Assembly (NCBI GenBank): GCA_963700285.1 | Contig: CAVOXA010000001.1 | Span: 736,001 to 800,000, forward strand | Source: an uncultured Chloroflexia bacterium | GTDB lineage: Bacteria > Chloroflexota > Anaerolineae > JAAYZQ01 | DNA: 64,000 nt | Direction: 5' to 3' | In this document: piece after piece, positions 49,550 to 62,024 of the stretch | How the letters are laid out: the number at the start of each line of letters is the position of its first letter | Position numbering within the stretch: the stretch's first letter is position 1 | Translations under genes and position numbers: made by a program | Notes under the pieces: model-generated | The model's database searches: none | What the model was told of the DNA's origin: nothing | The model's input: the letters and a program-made list of their open reading frames with translations, nothing else

Positions 49550-51143
49550 ATGTCTTCGAACCCCGTAGTATGCCAGGAATGGGATGATGAGGCTGACATC
49601 GTTGTCGTGGGATTTGGGGGCGCCGGCGCCTGTGCGGTGCTGGAGGCTGCGCAGAAAGGCGCGGCGGTGATGGCCCTCGACCGCTACCATGGCGGTGGGG
49701 CGACGGCTGCCAGCGGGGCCATCGTCTATGCTGGCGGCGGGCTATGACGATACGCCGGAAGAGATGTACCGCTATCTGAAGCTGGAGGTTGGTGAGGCCG
49801 TCTCTGACTCGACGCTGCGCCGCTTCTGTCGCGAGTCGCCGGGCAACATCGCCTGGCTCGAGGAGGCAGGGGTTCCCTTTGAGGCATCGCTGTGCCCGTT
49901 CAAGACCTCCTATCCCACCGATGATTACTACCTGTACTTTTCTGGAAACGAGCTGGTCCTCCGCTTCGAGGCCCAGGCCAAACCAGCACCGCGCGGTCAC
50001 CGCGCCAAGGGCCCAGGTATCTCGGGGCTCACGTTGTACCACGCCCTGGAGGAGGCTGCTCTGCGTTGCAGAGTCCGGTTGCGGCGCCAGTCGCAGATAC
50101 GGCGCCTGCTCATGTCGCAGCATGGACGGGTGATTGGCGTGGAAGGCCGCTCTATCCCACCCGAGTCAGTATGGGCAGATCTTCACGGTCGCCTGTCCAA
50201 GGTTAACGCCAAAGCCACCACCTATGCGCCGGGTATTGCCAGGCATATCACAGCCACGCTGGAAAAGATCATGGACCGCCATGCCCATCCCTACCGGGTA
50301 CGAGCACACAAGGCCGTCATCTTGGCAGCAGGCGGTTTCATCTTTGACCCGGACAAGGTGCAGGAGCACGCGCCAGCCTATCTGCGCTGCCTGCCCCTGG
50401 GCACGCCAGGCGATGATGGTGCCGGGATCCGGTTGGGAGAGAGCGTCGGTGGGGTAACAGCGCGTATGGACCGCGTTTCTGCCTGGCGTTTTTACGCGCC
50501 CCCGGATGTGCTAGTACAGGGAGTGCTGGTGAACAAGCAGGGGCAGCGCATTTGCAGCGAGGACTTGTATGGTGCAACACTGGGAGATCAGATCGTGGCG
50601 AACGGGGGCGAAGCCTTTCTGGTTTTTGACGCCCAAACCTATCGGGAGGGTGTGCGCAAGCTGAGAAGCCAGGCCGCCCTGTTCCAATGGTTGTACATGT
50701 TGCCCATGTTTCTTATCGGCCGGAAAAGGGCCAAGTCGTTTGAGGGGCTGGCGGCCAAAATCGGTGCGCCTGCCGCTGGGCTTTCGGCTACAATGTCTAC
50801 TTGCAACGCTGTCGCTGAACGCGGTGAACCTGATCCACTGGGCAAGATCCAGGAGCGCTTTGTTCCTCAGGACAGGCCGCCTTTCTATGCTATCGATTGC
50901 TCTCTCGATTCGTCCAATGGGGTACCTTGCCCGGCCATGACCCTTGGCGGCTTGGTGGTGAATGAAGGGACCGGACAGGTAGTCCGCACTGATGGCTCGA
51001 CTGTCGAGGGGCTGTACGCAGCGGGGCGGAACGCTGTGGGCGTCTGCTCCGAAGCTTATGTCAGTGGGCTTTCTATTGCTGACTGCGTGTTCTCGGGCCG
51101 GCGAGCTGGGCGCCACGCAGCGCTACTATCGAGCGAGGAATAG
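49550..51143 (+). CDS. FAD-dependent oxidoreductase (FAD_binding_2; 3-ketosteroid dehydrogenase-like), frame break near 49740
   Basis: VVGFGGAG, GGATAASG, ILAAGGF, TLGGL, GLYAAGR, SGLSIADCVFSGRRAG. Confidence 0.8.
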
Positions 51144-51175
51144 ACCTCGGAGGTTTTCCGAAACCTCCGAGGTCT
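51142..51175. repeat. REP-like perfect palindrome between convergent genes
   Basis: AGACCTCGGAGGTTT-TCCG-AAACCTCCGAGGTCT (15-bp stem). Confidence 0.75.
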
Positions 51176-51214
51176 GCTGCAAGGACATCGGCCATGAGAA
51201 TTCGCCCAACAATC

Positions 51215-52813
51215 CTAGAAACCGACGGCGCAGCCATCCTTTCGGGGTTCCGAGCCGCCCCACAGGACGCCCGTATCCGGATCGACGGCGATAACCTGGC
51301 CACCCCCAAAGCCGGGTGAGAAGGTTCTCTCCCGCACTACCTCGTGGCCCATCATGGCCAAGGCTCTGCGCGTTGTAGCTGGTACGGCGGTTTCGATCTG
51401 GACCTGCGGCCCGCCGCGACGATCTACCTGGAACCGCGGGGCATCCAGGGCTGCTTGGGGATCCAGGCCATAGTCCACCATGTTGACCAGCACCTGCAGG
51501 TGCCCTTGGGGCTGCATAAAGCCGCCCATTACGCCAAAGCTGAGCCACAACCGGCCATCGCGCAGAGCCATAGCGGGGATGATGGTGTGGTAAGGCCGCT
51601 TTCCCCCGGCCAGTGCGTTGAGATGTCCCGGCTCCAGGCTAAAACACGCGCCCCGATTCTGCAAGCAGACACCAGTGTCCGGTACGACCAGGCCAGAGCC
51701 AAAGCCCATGTAGAGACTGTTAATAAATGATACGGCGTTGCCCTGTCCATCGGCAACGGTGAGGTAGACGGTGTCCTTGTGCTCCGGCTGATCCGGGCCG
51801 GCCATCTCCAGCGCGCGGTCAGGGTGGATGCGGGCCCGGTGCTGGGCAGCGTACTCCTTGGACAGGAGTTTTTCCAGCGGCACGTCGGCCATAGCCGGGT
51901 CGGCCACGAAGCGTCCGGCGTCGACCATGCCCAGGCGCATGGACTCTATCATCGTATGCCAGCGTTCGACATCGTAATAGTTCATGTTCCCGATGTCATA
52001 GCCTTCGACGATATTGAGGGCCACGAGAGCGGCCAGGCCCTGGCCATTGGGTGGGTGTTCGAGTACCTCTACGTCCCGGTATGTGGTCCGGATGGGTACT
52101 CCCCAGGTAGCGGTGTGGGCCGCCAGGTCGCCTGCGGTCAAGTAACCGCCCTTGGCTTGGACGCAGGCGGCGATCTTTTCCGCCAGCGGGCCGTGGTAAA
52201 ATGCATCGGCGCCCCCCTCGGCGACGGCGCGGAAGGTGCGAGCAAGGTCGGGCTGGCGGTGGATCTCTCCCGGTTTGGGCGCCGGCAGATAGATGCGAGC
52301 CGCTTCGGGGTCCTGTGACAGCTTTCCGGCGCCATAGTTCCAGCCACGGCTGATCCATGGACTGACTGGAAAGCCCTCCTCTGCGCTGGTGATAGCGGGG
52401 GCCAGGCAGTCGCTCAGGCTCATGGTGCCGAAACGTTCCAGGAGTGCAGCCCAGCCACTGGCTGTCCCAGGCACGGTTACCGGCAACGGCCCGTTGCTGG
52501 GGATCTCCTCCAGGCCGAGCCTCTGTGCCTCCTCCAGCGTAAAGGCTGCCGGAGCGCGGCCGCTGCCGTTGAGGGCTGTCACCTGGCCGGAGTCTGCCTC
52601 GTAGATCAAGGCAAAGCAATCGCCGCCGATACCGGTGGACATCGGCTCCACGACGTTGAGCATGGCGGCCACGGTCACGGCAGCGTCGGCTGCGTTGCCG
52701 CCGTCCATCAAGACCCGCAGACCGGCTGTAGCGGCCAGGGGCTGGCTGGTGGCGACCATTCCCTTCCGGGCAAGTATGGGTGAGCGACGAGAGTGGAATT
52801 TCCTAGTTGTCAC
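51215..52813 (-). CDS. ggt: gamma-glutamyltransferase
   Basis: GGNAADAA, GIGGD, PPNGQG, DTVYL (catalytic Thr), RPYHTIIP, GVMGG, PRKDG. Confidence 0.94.
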   Translation of the reverse strand: MTTRKFHSRRSPILARKGMVATSQPLAATAGLRVLMDGGNAADAAVTVAAMLNVVEPMSTGIGGDCFALIYEADSGQVTALNGSGRAPAAFTLEEAQRLGLEEIPSNGPLPVTVPGTASGWAALLERFGTMSLSDCLAPAITSAEEGFPVSPWISRGWNYGAGKLSQDPEAARIYLPAPKPGEIHRQPDLARTFRAVAEGGADAFYHGPLAEKIAACVQAKGGYLTAGDLAAHTATWGVPIRTTYRDVEVLEHPPNGQGLAALVALNIVEGYDIGNMNYYDVERWHTMIESMRLGMVDAGRFVADPAMADVPLEKLLSKEYAAQHRARIHPDRALEMAGPDQPEHKDTVYLTVADGQGNAVSFINSLYMGFGSGLVVPDTGVCLQNRGACFSLEPGHLNALAGGKRPYHTIIPAMALRDGRLWLSFGVMGGFMQPQGHLQVLVNMVDYGLDPQAALDAPRFQVDRRGGPQVQIETAVPATTRRALAMMGHEVVRERTFSPGFGGGQVIAVDPDTGVLWGGSEPRKDGCAVGF

Positions 52814-52873
52814 TGTTCGACCTCCACGGACATAGTTGTCTCAGAGTGTTCTCGGATCTGCAAATCATGCCTG

Positions 52874-54577
52874 TTATCCCTTGATTCGGATGGTCCAGGG
52901 TGCAAGAGCAAAAACCCCCTCGTGCAGCAAGCCTGACAGGCCTGCAATCCACTCGAGTGCGTCGGTAGGGATAGGCTGCGGTACTTGATATCGTTTGGGG
53001 ATGGGGATGTTCACCAAGGCCGCGTAACGATTGGGATCCAGGTCGGCCAGTTCACGGGCCTGGTCTGCGGCAGCCTGCAGATCTCCCAACAGATCCACCA
53101 GCCCATTGGCCACGGCTTGCTCACCGGTCCAAACACGACCCCGGGCAAGGGCTTCTACCTCTTCGTCTGTCATATCGCGACCCTGGGCCACGCGATCCAT
53201 GAACCGGGCGTAGCCGTCGCCGATATCAGACTGGATCTTGAGCCGCTCCTCCGGGCCAAAGGGCGCAACATCGGCGTAGAGACCGGCAGCCTGGCCCCGC
53301 GAGACAACTTCCCGCCCAGCTTGGATCTTTGCAAAGAGGTTCCTTGTGACAATCTTGCCGCCCCAAATGCCGATGGAACCAGTAAGGGTTGCCGCTTGGG
53401 CGACGATAGCATTGGCCGGGGCCGCAACATAGTAGCCGCCGGAGGCGGCCTGGTTGCTCATATAGACCACCACCGGCTTGATCCTTCTGAGGTGATCTAC
53501 CTCGCGCCAAATCAGGTCCGAGGCCAGGGCCGAGCCACCGGGCGAATCCACGTGCAGGACCACAGCCGCAAGATCCTTGTTCTGCGCGGCGGCGCGAAGT
53601 TGCTGGGTGATGGTATCGGATCCGGCCTGGGTCGCGGGCAACGGCAATGGTAGTGGGATGGTAAGGGGTGGCTGACGGCTGGGACCCGGAACAATTGTGC
53701 CCTCCACGGAGATGATGCCGATGTTCCTTCTGCTGTGCCAGCGCCGGGGACGAACCAGCCGTCGCCGAACCTGATCCCAGGTCTGGAGGGCAGCCGGCGC
53801 ATCAGGTGCGCCGAGGTGAACAGGCATTTCGTCCTCATAGCAGACGGCATCCAGGAATCCCACTTCGAGGGCTTGCAGGGACGTCAATGGCGTTTTGTCC
53901 AACAGCTCCATAACCCGGCCTGGTTCGAGGCAGCGTCCCTGAGCGATGGCACCGACGACCTCGGCATATAGGGAGTCGAGGAGCGATTCCAGCATCTCCC
54001 GGTGGGGAGCGGTCATCTCTGACCGGCGGAGCATGTCAGGCGAGACCTTGTATTCAGCGATGGCCTCAAAATCGGCTTCGAGGCCGACCAGGGCCAGCGT
54101 ATCCTTCAGAAAGATGGCTTCGGACCACAGGCCGGCAGCTCGAAAGGGGGCGCTCTCTGGGGCCAGGATCTCATCACAAGCACAGGCCAAATAGTAGGAC
54201 CACATGCTCGGGTCATGAAGGTAGGCCACGGCCCGTTTCCCTGACTCGCGGAAATGGGCAATGGCTTGCCGCAGGCTGCCAAGCGTGGCCGGGCCGGCTT
54301 GTAAGCCAGAAACGACAAGGACCACGCCTTCGACCCGCGGGTCGAAGGCCAGACGCTCCAGCGCGGTGGTCAAGTACTCGACGCTAGGGGGCGGGGGCGG
54401 CCAGGGCAGCAAAGACAGTGGAAAAGGACGTCGTGACTGGGGGGTCCGCTCCGGAAAGCTACCCGTGAGGTTCAAGACGACATAATCCATCCCCCGGCGC
54501 CGGAGCAGGCGCAGACGATTGGTCAGGATCAAACCCGCACTACGGAACAGATCGGAGATGAGGATCCGTTCGGCCAT
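52874..54577 (-). CDS. sppA: signal peptide peptidase SppA (67K type)
   Basis: VDSPGGS, AASGGYY, TGSIG, GRVWTGEQA motifs; duplicated S49 architecture. Confidence 0.93.
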   Translation of the reverse strand: MAERILISDLFRSAGLILTNRLRLLRRRGMDYVVLNLTGSFPERTPQSRRPFPLSLLPWPPPPPSVEYLTTALERLAFDPRVEGVVLVVSGLQAGPATLGSLRQAIAHFRESGKRAVAYLHDPSMWSYYLACACDEILAPESAPFRAAGLWSEAIFLKDTLALVGLEADFEAIAEYKVSPDMLRRSEMTAPHREMLESLLDSLYAEVVGAIAQGRCLEPGRVMELLDKTPLTSLQALEVGFLDAVCYEDEMPVHLGAPDAPAALQTWDQVRRRLVRPRRWHSRRNIGIISVEGTIVPGPSRQPPLTIPLPLPLPATQAGSDTITQQLRAAAQNKDLAAVVLHVDSPGGSALASDLIWREVDHLRRIKPVVVYMSNQAASGGYYVAAPANAIVAQAATLTGSIGIWGGKIVTRNLFAKIQAGREVVSRGQAAGLYADVAPFGPEERLKIQSDIGDGYARFMDRVAQGRDMTDEEVEALARGRVWTGEQAVANGLVDLLGDLQAAADQARELADLDPNRYAALVNIPIPKRYQVPQPIPTDALEWIAGLSGLLHEGVFALAPWTIRIKG

Positions 54578-54612
54578 GATGCCTCCGTCTAGGTTGTTGC
54601 GGAATCGAGCGC

Positions 54613-54641
54613 ATTATAGCCGGAAATGGAAGTCGTGACAA
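54613..54641 (-). promoter_or_regulatory. sigma70-like promoter of sppA
   Basis: Minus strand TTGTCA-17 nt-TATAAT; GGAGG SD downstream. Confidence 0.65.
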
Positions 54642-54857
54642 CCTGAGTCCTGCCCGGCGCAGCGGTCTTGCTTATGACCAGATTGGCAAAAACCGGAGAT
54701 CCCCGTGGAGGATCTCCTCGATCGGGGGGCTCAGGCGGCGTCCGGGCGGATTGGGGTCTTGACAGATGGGTCTGCATCTGATATTGTTCTATTGGTCATG
54801 GCCCCGGCGTGGCATCTAGGCTATCATCATTCCGTATGCCAAAGGAGGCAGTGTAAC

Positions 54858-55412
54858 ATGAACGCTATCGTCATCAGTTCGAGCCCCAACGTGGATGGCT
54901 TGACCGCCGCCTGTGCCAGCGCCGCGGTAGAAGGCATAGTACGGGCGGGTGGGCGGGCCGAAGAGGTGCGACTCAATGACTTGAAGATTGGGATCTGTGA
55001 GGCCTGCGATAATGGTTGGGGGACCTGCCGGACCGACCACGAGTGTCAGGTAGAGGATGATTTTCAGGCATTGCACGCGCGCGTATTGCAGGCCGAGGGC
55101 CTTGTGCTCGTCACGCCTGTTTACTGGCATGAGATGAGCGAATCAGCCAAGGCTTTTGCCGACCGGCTGCGGCGCTGCGAGGCGACCAAGGGCGACGAGA
55201 GCGGTCTGTCTGGCAAGCCGGTGATAGCTGTGGCGGCGGCTGGTGGCAGCGGCAACGGTATGATCACCTGCCTATTCAGCATGGAACGCTGGATCGAGCA
55301 CGTTCGGGCGCGCAAGTTTGATTTTATCCCGGTCAACCGCTGGAACCGGCCCTACAAACTGACAGCCATCAGTGAGGCGGCGCAGGCTATGGCACGGGAA
55401 CCGCTTGGGTGA
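54858..55412 (+). CDS. flavodoxin-like iron-sulfur flavoprotein / NADPH-dependent FMN reductase family
   Basis: SSPN..GLT, CEAC...C...C..EDDF, TPVYW...KAFADR; SD AAGGAGG. Confidence 0.85.
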   Translation: MNAIVISSSPNVDGLTAACASAAVEGIVRAGGRAEEVRLNDLKIGICEACDNGWGTCRTDHECQVEDDFQALHARVLQAEGLVLVTPVYWHEMSESAKAFADRLRRCEATKGDESGLSGKPVIAVAAAGGSGNGMITCLFSMERWIEHVRARKFDFIPVNRWNRPYKLTAISEAAQAMAREPLG

Positions 55413-56260
55413 CCGGCCGTGTCGAGGCGATTCTGCTGGGTACCGCCCAGGATGGGGGAGTGCCCCAGGTTGGATGCTACTGTGTCCATTGTGCGCGTGC
55501 GCGCGAAAACCCTGCAGAGCGCAGGTGGGTCTCCTGTCTGGGACTGGTGGACCATGGCAACTGCCATTCCTGGCTGATCGATGCTACGCCTGATCTGCGG
55601 GAGCAGGTGCATGCCCTGCAGGAGTATGTACCCAATTGCCCGCTGGCCGGGATTGCGCTGACCCACGCTCACGTGGGTCACTATGCAGGCCTGATCCATT
55701 TGGGGCGCGAAGCCTGGGACAGACGAGACCTGCCCGTGTACGTCTCGGCACGGATGGCCGCCTTCCTGGCTGAGAACGCACCCTGGTCTCAGCTAATTGC
55801 CCTGGGCAATATCAAGCCCTGTATCGTCAAAGCTGGTCACGAAACCGCGCTCAGCTCCAATCTGCACCTTCTGCCCGTGAAGGTACCGCATCGCGACGAG
55901 TTCAGCGACACGATGGCTTTCGTAGTATCTGGCCCTGCCCGGGGGCTGTTCTACTGCCCCGACACAGACGGCTGGGACGGCTGGGACCGAGACCTGAAGT
56001 GTCTTGTGTCTGGGCTCGACGTAGCCCTGTTGGATGGTACGTTCTACAGCGCTGACGAGTTGCCACGGAGGGATCTGAGCCAGATCCCCCATCCCTTCGC
56101 GACCGATACTGCCCAAAGGCTCGACGGGGTGGACTGTGAGGTGAAGTTGATCCACATGAATCACAGCAACCCGCTGTACACTACGGGTCCTGAGAGGGAC
56201 TGGCTGGCAGCGAAGGGGATTGGGGTGGGCGCCTTGGGCGACCGGTGGAGGTTGGACTGA
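55409..56260 (+). CDS. MBL-fold metallo-hydrolase (PqqB-like)
   Basis: LGTAQDGGVPQ.GC.C..C, IDATPD, LTHAHVGH, VPHRDE, LDGTF, IHMNHSNP. Confidence 0.88.
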   Translation: MTGRVEAILLGTAQDGGVPQVGCYCVHCARARENPAERRWVSCLGLVDHGNCHSWLIDATPDLREQVHALQEYVPNCPLAGIALTHAHVGHYAGLIHLGREAWDRRDLPVYVSARMAAFLAENAPWSQLIALGNIKPCIVKAGHETALSSNLHLLPVKVPHRDEFSDTMAFVVSGPARGLFYCPDTDGWDGWDRDLKCLVSGLDVALLDGTFYSADELPRRDLSQIPHPFATDTAQRLDGVDCEVKLIHMNHSNPLYTTGPERDWLAAKGIGVGALGDRWRLD

Positions 56261-56349
56261 CCTTTCCGGTATTGCCTTGACGCCATCGCGAGACATACTG
56301 TATGGGCGCGGATGGCGCTGTAGAGAGAGAGGAAAGGAGTCCAGCGCCA

Positions 56350-58347
56350 CTATTCTTTTGTGATCTTGTAAGAGTAGGCCGTTGGGTCTGTCGTCACTGG
56401 AGCCAGCGCCGAGATGACCAGTACAGCCTCGTCAGTCCGCTGGCCAAGTCTGGGTATGGTCATTCTCCCACGATTCTGTTCGTCGAGGACCATCCGCCGT
56501 ACCCGCGTGTCAGGGCCAAGGGTGATCAACTGGACCAGATAGTCTTGGGGTACCTCGTCGCCTACGCGCAGCCAACCCTGGGATTGCCAGCCGCCGTCGC
56601 CCACTTCGGCATCGTAGCTGTAGCCCAATTCGGGTATAGAGATATCATCCACGGCCAGCCCTGGATAATTCAGTGCCTCGTCCGTGATCACCTCGAAGCG
56701 GACGAGTACCTGCTGGCCAGCATGGGGCCCAAGATCAAAGCTCTCCTCTACCCAGCGCGCTTCATCCCGGCCGCCGCTGGCGCCTGTGAACCCTGGACCA
56801 TAACTATTGCCGCTAGGATTGGTGATGGTTGTGTGCTGGTTTGCCAGAATATCCCACGTCTTGCCCCCATCGGCCGAGACCTCAACGTAGGCATAGTCAT
56901 AGTCTGTTTCCAGGTTGTACCACATCCAGGCCTTGAGGGTAGCGCTTTCCAGGTTGCTCAGATCAAAGGCCCGGGTGAGGGTGACGTCGCCGTCGTCACC
57001 CCGGTTTGACCACCATTGGTATTCCCCGCTGTGTACCTCGTTGCCGATCAAGGGGACAACGGTGCTTCCCTCGAACTCGATGGTGAGATCCCCCTCCCCC
57101 TCCAGGAGGATATAGTCAGCCGCATATTGGTGGATGGTCGCTTGCTTCTGGACCGGGTATCTATTGTGGCGCGCTGCGTAGCGTGGCTGCTCGATGCTCA
57201 GGGATGGGTAGCCATAGCGCCCAGCAGCCGGATGTGGGCTATCGAGATAAGTTGGCGACCAACCAGTCGGCAAAAAGATCCTCGAAAGCTCTGTTGACCG
57301 TCGCCTATTGAGGCCAGTACGGCATCAAAGCCGGCGATTCCATTTTCCTGTTCGGCGACCAGCTGCTGGACTGCTTCCTCGCCGTAGCCGTTCCAAAAAG
57401 TATGCCAAGAAAAGATAGCTGGCGCCATAATGGGGCGCAGAGTCGTCAAGCGCGGTCCAGGCGGTCAATTGCGTATCCGGGGTCAAGCTGTATGCATAGT
57501 CTGAGCCCCCCACATCGTAGCCATTGACCTGGGCGGCCAACTCCGATAGGCCTTCGTTGACCCAGGTATCCTCATTCCGGTCCTGGGCCCAGTGGATCAT
57601 GTGCTGGAACTCGTGGGCCAGGATGCCGTCAAAGTAATCGCTGCCTGGCATGGCATTCTCCAGGTTGATGTAGAACATCTCGTGCTCGTTGGAGTGGGGC
57701 CTCACCAGGGTCGAGTATTCATCAGGACCGGAATAGTAGCCACCCACTCCCGGGACGTCGCCCAGAAAGATGTAAACATGGGGATCTCCATCTATGCCGG
57801 GGACCCATTCGCTGCCAAAATAACGGCGGTTGGTAGGGTAGGTTTGATTCTCGAATCTATCTGCCGAGTGCGCCAAAGACTCGGATGGAACATCATAGGC
57901 CTCTTCGATCCACCAGTATGCGTGGGGAGTCTCGTAGCGCAGGACGGCTGTCGAGGTGAAGAAGCTGTTCTCCGCGACGTTGTGAACCCAGAATACAAGC
58001 TCGTCGCCCACGACATAGTCGGGTGGACTGGTCGTGGTTGGGGTTGCTTGGGCCTCGGTGATACCCTGCAGGCGCCGGGCCAAAGCATGCAGATCTCGCT
58101 CAGGAATGGAGGCGTGCTCTGCCACACGGGCAGTTTCGCGCCCGGACGGGATAGGGGCATGGCGAACGAGGGCCAGCGCCGGTGTCGGTTCCTCGATTAC
58201 CAGAGAATCGGCAGGACTGGCATAGATTGCGCCATCGCTCCACCATAGGATTCCGGCAGCGCCACAGACAGTGAGGCAAGTACAGGCCACGGCGGCCAAG
58301 GCCATGCTCAGGGTGATAAACCAAATTGGTCGTTTCATGGGACTCAT
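56350..58347 (-). CDS. secreted/anchored zinc metallopeptidase (M30/M6 immune-inhibitor-A-like), frameshifts near 57390 and 57270
   Basis: AHEFQHMIH...WVNEGLSE zincin motif; C-terminal WYNLETDYDYAYVEVS.DGG.TW domain. Confidence 0.82.
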
Positions 58348-58386
58348 TTCCAGGCTAGATTGGCTGGTACACTAGCCATCAAACAG

Positions 58387-58420
58387 AATGCAGGGCGCCT
58401 GCTTGGCAGGGCCCTGCATC
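58387..58420 (-). terminator. probable terminator after ftsH
   Basis: ATGCAGGGC...GCCCTGCAT stem followed by TCTGTTT on the minus strand. Confidence 0.5.
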
Positions 58421-58526
58421 CGAATCGGTGAGCGGTCTGACAACTGTACAGGCAGTTCATTGCAGCGTAGAGCTAGGTGGGCGGTCGCTTCTTGCCCTGG
58501 CAAAGGTCTGGACCCAGATTTTGCGG

Positions 58527-60367
<1,841 letters not shown>

Positions 60368-60574
60368 TTGTGTGCGGTGGGTAGTCTAGCATAGAGACTA
60401 TGTCATGTCAAGTAAGGTTGTTCACCTTCGTTGAGAACTCGTTTCTGGAGAAGCCGAGACTGACGTCTTTTGCAAAGATGTCTGACAATTTCGCAAAGCT
60501 GGATATAATAGGGATCAATCAAGACGGTGTGCCTTGTGCAGCGAGGTCCGCTGCGGCAGGGTGTACCGGGTCAC

Positions 60575-60910
60575 AGGCTGTGACGGAGAAGAGTAGGCGG
60601 GGGACAGCCCCCAGGGAGGCAGGGTCAGGGACTGAAAGCCCTGCCGGGAAAGAACCCGCTGAAGTTCGCTCCTGAGCCGACGGGTGAAATGGCAGTCTCG
60701 ATACATGATTCGCTCAGTAGTGCTGACCAAGTAGTCCGCTCCGGAAGCCCACCGTTAGCGGGGCAGCCGATCGCGGCATGATCCCTCCTGGAGATGGAGG
60801 CGGCGCTGCCGCTGCCGGTGCATGAGAGGGCCGGCCTAGGGCCGGCCAACCAGGGTGGTACCGCGGGAGTGATACGCTCTCGTCCCTGAAGGGGCGAGAG
60901 CGTTTGTTTG
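60575..60910 (+). promoter_or_regulatory. T-box riboswitch (Phe specifier)
   Basis: Stem I motifs (GAAGAGTA, GGGAG, ACTGAAAG); specifier TTC at 60665-60667; T-box AACCAGGGTGGTACCGCG at 60848-60865; terminator ACGCTCTCG...CGAGAGCGT-TTGTTT; upstream of pheS. Confidence 0.92.
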
Positions 60911-60948
60911 GCGGTGGGATTCTGGATTTCGGATCATTTGGAGGCCTT

Positions 60949-61979
<1,031 letters not shown>

Positions 61980-62024
61980 ATCTGCGTCAGGTGCGGTATC
62001 TCCCTTGTACAGGAGAGCATGAGC

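Noticed and set aside
56261-56349. Promoter-like and SD-like sequence facing the convergent peptidase gene (ORF 56302..57009)
   Set aside because: Poor promoter spacing, no start codon after the SD-like tract, and the ORF is an antisense shadow; the hairpin is more simply a terminator
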